This document shows positions 59,289-64,000 of a stretch of DNA of 64,000 bases, in pieces. The first letter of the stretch is position 1. Every line of letters starts with the position of its first letter. A program made the translations under genes and the position numbers. Below the pieces are notes generated by a model. The model was not told the DNA's origin. It saw only the letters and a list, made by a program, of their open reading frames with translations, and ran no database searches. The DNA lies in NCBI GenBank assembly GCA_963735035.1, contig CAVTJJ010000003.1, positions 64,001-128,000 of the forward strand, written 5' to 3'. This stretch comes from an uncultured candidate division Zixibacteria bacterium. GTDB taxonomy: Bacteria; Zixibacteria; MSB-5A5; GN15; FEB-12.

Positions 59289-62021
59289 TCATTTCAACAG
59301 CATCATCTTCCGAGTCTCGGAGAAACTTCCCGCCGTGAGCCTATAGAAGTACACACCACTGGCGACCATCGCCCCATGATCATCACGGCCGTCCCAGACA
59401 ATTCGATAAGTCCCGGCGGCTTCCTCCCGATTCAGGAGAAGTCGCGTCTGTTGCCCCAGCACGTTGAACACAGCCAGTTCTACTCGAGAAGCACTCGGAA
59501 TCGAGTATTCGATTTCCGTGGTCGGATTGAAAGGGTTGGGATAGTTCTGTGCGAGGCGAAATTCCTGGGGGAGTATGATCGGCTCTTCGTCAACATCAGT
59601 GGGCAAATATACCCACGGCCGCCCGTACACATTCAATCCTTCGGTTCGGTTATCCGCCCAGACAAACCAGGCACGGCCCCGATAGGCTTTAACGGCGGGT
59701 TCCTGAGCATACTCTGGAGTAGAGCCAGCCGCAGGACTGTTCGTTCCCAGAGGCGTCAGAGTCGGGTCGAGTATTTGGAAATACGCAAGCGGATGGCCGT
59801 CGCGTCGGTCAATCCAAACTGTGCTAACGTAAAGATTGTTGCAGATCGAAACAGATGGCGATCCGGGATCGGCCGACGGTGAATCGGTCACTGTAATCGG
59901 TCCGCTAATTGTGGCGCCGGCAGCACTCAGGAGAGTGACATAACCGTTGTGGTCGCCATTTTCAAAGCCGGTCCAGAAGACGGCCACGCGACCATCCGAG
60001 CCAATATCAGCGGAGACATCTTCTATTTTGGCGGGTGATGTCGGCGCGTAAACGAACGATCCCGCGTCGCTGCCGTCGGCGTTGAACTTCTGTATGTGTA
60101 GCGACGGGGTGACGGCTCCGGCGTCGAACCAGACAACACTGATCCGATTGCTGTTATCACAGGCAGCGTATACTCTCGTTATGTCTACGCTTTGCACCAG
60201 CGGTGAGATCAAAAAGTCGCTGCCCTCGACTGATCCAGCGACGTTCAGCTTGCGGCCGTAAACTTGATACTGGCCACCACGGCTGTCGAGCCAGACGGCC
60301 AGACCGCTCCCGTCGGAATGAAGCACTACACGGGGTGACTGCTTCGATGACAGAGCGCTGGAGTCGGAGATGAGAAACTCGTTGGCGGTAGGGAAACCGT
60401 AGAGGGATAGTCTACGCCCGAAAATCCGCTGACCTGAAAATCCTCCGAGAGTGCGGGCATCGTTCCAGACGGCCATCGCCCGATCGGACGCTACTGCCAG
60501 ATTCGGCTGAGATTGTAGGCTGTTGCCGACATCCTGGTTGAGCCGGGTCTCGTCGCCAAGGAAACCTCCGGCGTGGGAGACGGTACGGACAAAGACGTCA
60601 CCCCAATCAAACTTCTGGCTGACGTAGGCGATAACATTCCACCAGTTTGAAGGAGTCACGATAGAGGGTGAGGAAACGGGGGCCCCGAAGGTGTCATCGT
60701 TAACGGTAAGCTCGCCGCTCAAGCGGCGCGTCCCGCCGGAATTGAAAAGCATGAGAGCAATATCCGGGTCGTCGTCGATCGACTCAGTCCAACAGACTGC
60801 GTAAGAGCCGTTTCGGGCAAACCCACCGGCAGGTGCCCAGCGCTGACCGGATGAGGCCAGGTTGATCACGGCAGGTAGACCTCCCGGAACCAGGCCGCTG
60901 TCGAGCATTATCGACTGAATAACGTTGTCGGCCCCCGAGGCCGACCAGAGCGCGAGCGTTCGTCCCGTCCGGTTAGTAGTGAGAGCAAGATAGGAGTTGA
61001 ACACCTGATCAAGGCCCGCTGAGATTTGGTGTCCGGTGCCTACCAGTCCGGTGGTCTGATTGTATCGCTGCAGGAAGATTTCCTGGCCCTGGCGGAGATC
61101 GGTCCAGCCGATTACATAACGGTCTTTTGTCGAATAGGTCACGGCCGGTGAATATTGCGCCGCGACATCATCCGGCGAAGGTACCACGGCAAAGTCGACG
61201 CCGACCGGACTCCCTGCCCCGCTGTACTGCCGAGCAAAGATATCGGCCTGGCCGTTGCGATAGTCTTCCCAGCAAACGAGAAGACCAGAACCGGGGGCTA
61301 CGGCAACAGCGGGTACCCAGTGGCTGACAGAGCCGCCGTCGGAATTCACCTGAATCGGGCCGACCAGCGAAGTTCCGGTCGAAGAAAACATTCTCATCTG
61401 TATGGTCGAGCCGAGGGTGGAGTAATCTTCCCAGGCTACTACTACCTGCCCATCCGGAAAGACAGCCAGGTCGGACGGACCGGCGAAGCTGCTTCCGGAC
61501 GTATCATTGACCTGCAAAGCCGACCAATCAGCCGCCCCTGCCGACGTATACCGAGTCAGGAAAACCATGCCGGCGGTTTGGTCGCGCCACGAGAAGTATA
61601 TCCTTCCGAGCGTATCTATGGCCAACCTGGGATCGGCATAGTCATGCCCGACCGTCGAGCCGGAGATCATTTCATTGCTGCCGAGAAGGGTTCCGGTCGA
61701 ATCATAACGCTGGCGGTAAATCTTGGTGCTGCCCTGACGGTCATCGGTCCAGACCGTCCACCAGCCACCACCCGAGACGTTTAGCAATTTGCTTTGCCCC
61801 TGCGAATAGCGAGCCGGTGAGGTCGACTGAGAAATGCGGAAATCTTCGGCGTCCGGCGCGGCCTGCTGCATTGGGGAAGTCGGTTCCGCAAAATCATAAC
61901 GCCGGGCAAGATCGAGCCCACTCAAGCGCTGGGCATGCTCCGCCTCACGATCAATTCCAGCCATGGCATTGGGACTTAGCAATATCGCCAGAGTAAGACC
62001 AACCACAGACGCAATTCGCAT
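59289..62021 (-). CDS. Large secreted repeat (beta-propeller-like) protein with a FlgD-Ig/T9SS-like C-terminal domain
   Basis: Signal peptide; many VxWxDxRxG repeats; C-terminus LAQNYPNPFNPTT...WDGRD...SGVYFYRL...KMMLLK. Confidence 0.85.
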   Translation of the reverse strand: MRIASVVGLTLAILLSPNAMAGIDREAEHAQRLSGLDLARRYDFAEPTSPMQQAAPDAEDFRISQSTSPARYSQGQSKLLNVSGGGWWTVWTDDRQGSTKIYRQRYDSTGTLLGSNEMISGSTVGHDYADPRLAIDTLGRIYFSWRDQTAGMVFLTRYTSAGAADWSALQVNDTSGSSFAGPSDLAVFPDGQVVVAWEDYSTLGSTIQMRMFSSTGTSLVGPIQVNSDGGSVSHWVPAVAVAPGSGLLVCWEDYRNGQADIFARQYSGAGSPVGVDFAVVPSPDDVAAQYSPAVTYSTKDRYVIGWTDLRQGQEIFLQRYNQTTGLVGTGHQISAGLDQVFNSYLALTTNRTGRTLALWSASGADNVIQSIMLDSGLVPGGLPAVINLASSGQRWAPAGGFARNGSYAVCWTESIDDDPDIALMLFNSGGTRRLSGELTVNDDTFGAPVSSPSIVTPSNWWNVIAYVSQKFDWGDVFVRTVSHAGGFLGDETRLNQDVGNSLQSQPNLAVASDRAMAVWNDARTLGGFSGQRIFGRRLSLYGFPTANEFLISDSSALSSKQSPRVVLHSDGSGLAVWLDSRGGQYQVYGRKLNVAGSVEGSDFLISPLVQSVDITRVYAACDNSNRISVVWFDAGAVTPSLHIQKFNADGSDAGSFVYAPTSPAKIEDVSADIGSDGRVAVFWTGFENGDHNGYVTLLSAAGATISGPITVTDSPSADPGSPSVSICNNLYVSTVWIDRRDGHPLAYFQILDPTLTPLGTNSPAAGSTPEYAQEPAVKAYRGRAWFVWADNRTEGLNVYGRPWVYLPTDVDEEPIILPQEFRLAQNYPNPFNPTTEIEYSIPSASRVELAVFNVLGQQTRLLLNREEAAGTYRIVWDGRDDHGAMVASGVYFYRLTAGSFSETRKMMLLK

Positions 62022-62481
62022 TATAAGCCTCTTCTCCAAAGCAGACATATGGGCATCGAAATGTGAAGGGGCAAAAGAGATGCCTAAAATATAATCATTG
62101 GGGTTGGGAAACGCCACTGTTCTTTTCTCGTAACTTATTTGCAAATATGAGATTAGAGAGCGACCATCGATTCTTCCTCGGGCCTCGTGGAGAAGATGAC
62201 CCTTGGGGCGCAAAGCGGTGCATAAATGACGCCTTTTATACGGTGGTGCAGACGAGACGGATGAACGAGGGGTGGATTATTCGCTTGCCTGAAAGGGACT
62301 CACCATATTGGTTGAAACTCGAGCTAACCTTTTGTCGTACTTTGTAATGGAACTATTTTCGGGAAGTTCCCGGAGAGCCCGGTGTAACTTCTGGGAAGGT
62401 TCGATTGGAGTACTTGTGGAGCATATGAATTTTACAGAAGTAACCGAACACCCTTGGGGTGATGACTAATTGTCTACGCCT

Positions 62482-64000
62482 ATGAAGATTTCATTGATCG
62501 TAACTCTCACGGTTCTATTGGCCGCGGGCTCCGCCTTCAGCCAACAGATCGACGACGAGGTGATCGATGAACTGAATCAAGAGCTTGATCAACTCTCGAA
62601 AGATGTCGCCGACGAGTATCTCGATATTCTGGATAATATCAGCGGCACTCTCAAAGATTACTCTGACTACGTCAAGGAGATGCCTTCAGACGCGGCCGAT
62701 CACGACATCAAGATCATAGGCACAATGCAAGACAACCTCAATCGGGGAGCTTACGTCGACAACCCGGAAAAGCTGCTTGACGATCTGTATGCCGCCATTG
62801 ACAGCATCAAGGCGGTTGAAAACGAGCACCGGGTCAAGTTCAACACCAACAGCCCCAAGTGTTGTCGGCTGGGAAGAAGCCTCCGAAAAGAGTTGATTAT
62901 TAGTGCCGAATTGGTAGAGGACTATCTTGACCAGCCGACATCTCAAGTGTTGGGCAAAGACGAAATCAAGAAGTATGTGAATGAGGCCCTCAAAGCCTTG
63001 CGTGAAATCGACCAGGCCAAGGGCGTACAGGGGATAGAGGCGGAAAAAGTCCGGAAGGCGATGGAAGCCCTTCGGACAATGGGGCTGCCAGGACGCGTCG
63101 TTTATGTCCCTGACGGTACGAAGTCGCCTCAACCGCCGGTAATCGTATTGCCGTCACAGCCGCCTTCGATATCCTGGAGTTACAGCGATAGCAAGGGTGA
63201 AACTAAGAAGGGCGCCCAGCATCAGACGGTCGGACAAGTTCAGGCCTCGCAGCCCGACTGGCCCATACGAATCGAAAATCCGTCAGGCGAAATCATCATC
63301 GTGGGCTCGAACGTCAAGACTATCACCGCCACGCTCAACCTGGAAGTTTCGGCTGAATCCCACGAAAAAGAAACCGAGTATCTGGATCGCGCCATGCTGG
63401 TGGTGGCACAGGAAGAGGGGCAGTATTCGGTTACGGTTGATCTGCCCCGCCTTTCGGATCACCGCACGGAATTGCTGACAAGCACGCTGGAGGTTTCGGT
63501 TCCGAGAACGAACAAGATTATCTGCACGGGCGCCAACGGTCCGATTCGAATTTCAGACATTGACGGCGGCGTGAAGGTCGATGGCGACAAATCCGAAATC
63601 GAAGTTGTGAGAATCAATGGTGGCGCTACTATTCGAAACGCCATGGGTCCTGTGACTGCTGAAGAAATCAAAGGCATTATTGACATTGAGACGTCATATT
63701 CCCCTATCGAGCTCAGCCATTGTGACGGGCGAACTTCGATAGAAAACCAGTACGCCGCCATTACCATGATGGGCTGCCAGGGAGTCACTCAGATCAACAA
63801 CACCGGACAGATAGAAATCAGCAATCATTCGGGGAACGTCACGATCGAAAACGCCTACGGCAGGATTGAAGTGGATCGTCTGACCGGCGACCTGATCGCG
63901 ACTAATGGATATCAGCCGCTCGTCGTCACCGAAATCTCCGGATCGGCCGAACTTGAGAATGCTTACGGAGAGATCAGCGTGGACGGGGTGGGATCGAGTC
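62482..64000 (+). CDS. Exported DUF4097 (adhesin-like beta-repeat) protein, truncated by the window end
   Basis: MKISLIVTLTVLLAAGSAFS signal, helical N-region, then repeats such as IENAYGRIEV and LENAYGEISV; no stop before 64000. Confidence 0.8.
   Translation, partial: MKISLIVTLTVLLAAGSAFSQQIDDEVIDELNQELDQLSKDVADEYLDILDNISGTLKDYSDYVKEMPSDAADHDIKIIGTMQDNLNRGAYVDNPEKLLDDLYAAIDSIKAVENEHRVKFNTNSPKCCRLGRSLRKELIISAELVEDYLDQPTSQVLGKDEIKKYVNEALKALREIDQAKGVQGIEAEKVRKAMEALRTMGLPGRVVYVPDGTKSPQPPVIVLPSQPPSISWSYSDSKGETKKGAQHQTVGQVQASQPDWPIRIENPSGEIIIVGSNVKTITATLNLEVSAESHEKETEYLDRAMLVVAQEEGQYSVTVDLPRLSDHRTELLTSTLEVSVPRTNKIICTGANGPIRISDIDGGVKVDGDKSEIEVVRINGGATIRNAMGPVTAEEIKGIIDIETSYSPIELSHCDGRTSIENQYAAITMMGCQGVTQINNTGQIEISNHSGNVTIENAYGRIEVDRLTGDLIATNGYQPLVVTEISGSAELENAYGEISVDGVGSS

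Noticed and set aside
1..64000. tRNA, rRNA, tmRNA, RNase P RNA
   Set aside because: I recognised no cloverleaf or conserved signature in the intergenic regions by eye; a covariance search would be needed to exclude them fully.

Overview
A 64 kb bacterial chromosomal window from a diderm (LPS-making) organism. The fused lpxC/fabZ, the 'CC-x-G-xx-GD' C-terminal dockerin and the NYPNPFN-type C-terminal sorting domain point to an FCB-related lineage, most likely Zixibacteria (inference). The backbone is housekeeping: maeB, a PpiD/SurA-like foldase, a kimA-like transporter under a c-di-AMP riboswitch, two APC amino-acid permeases, ETF-QO, ispH, lipA, pdxS/pdxT, Rrf2-iscA-DUF2480-fdx, polyprenyl synthase, guaA, nadB and a lipid A operon (lpxC/fabZ, lpxA, gnnA-like, lpxB, waaA, lpxK). 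Small accessory units are interspersed: an AbiC-like gene, an FRG gene, a WYL regulator with a GT4, DUF5131, and DUF6338 with an unannotated Pro-rich peptide. Intergenic DNA holds several families of REP-like palindromes, some nested. A RAYT transposase sits inside a REP pair next to an empty copy of the same pair. The most notable items are a tandem array of four GspG-like pilins with a shared chassis and variable C-terminal domains, a secreted carboxypeptidase with dockerin-cohesin-dockerin modules, and the REP/RAYT system with REP-flanked accessory genes. Six single-base frameshifts, two of them in guaA, are probably sequencing errors. I found no tRNA, rRNA or CRISPR array. All family assignments come from motif recognition, not database searches.
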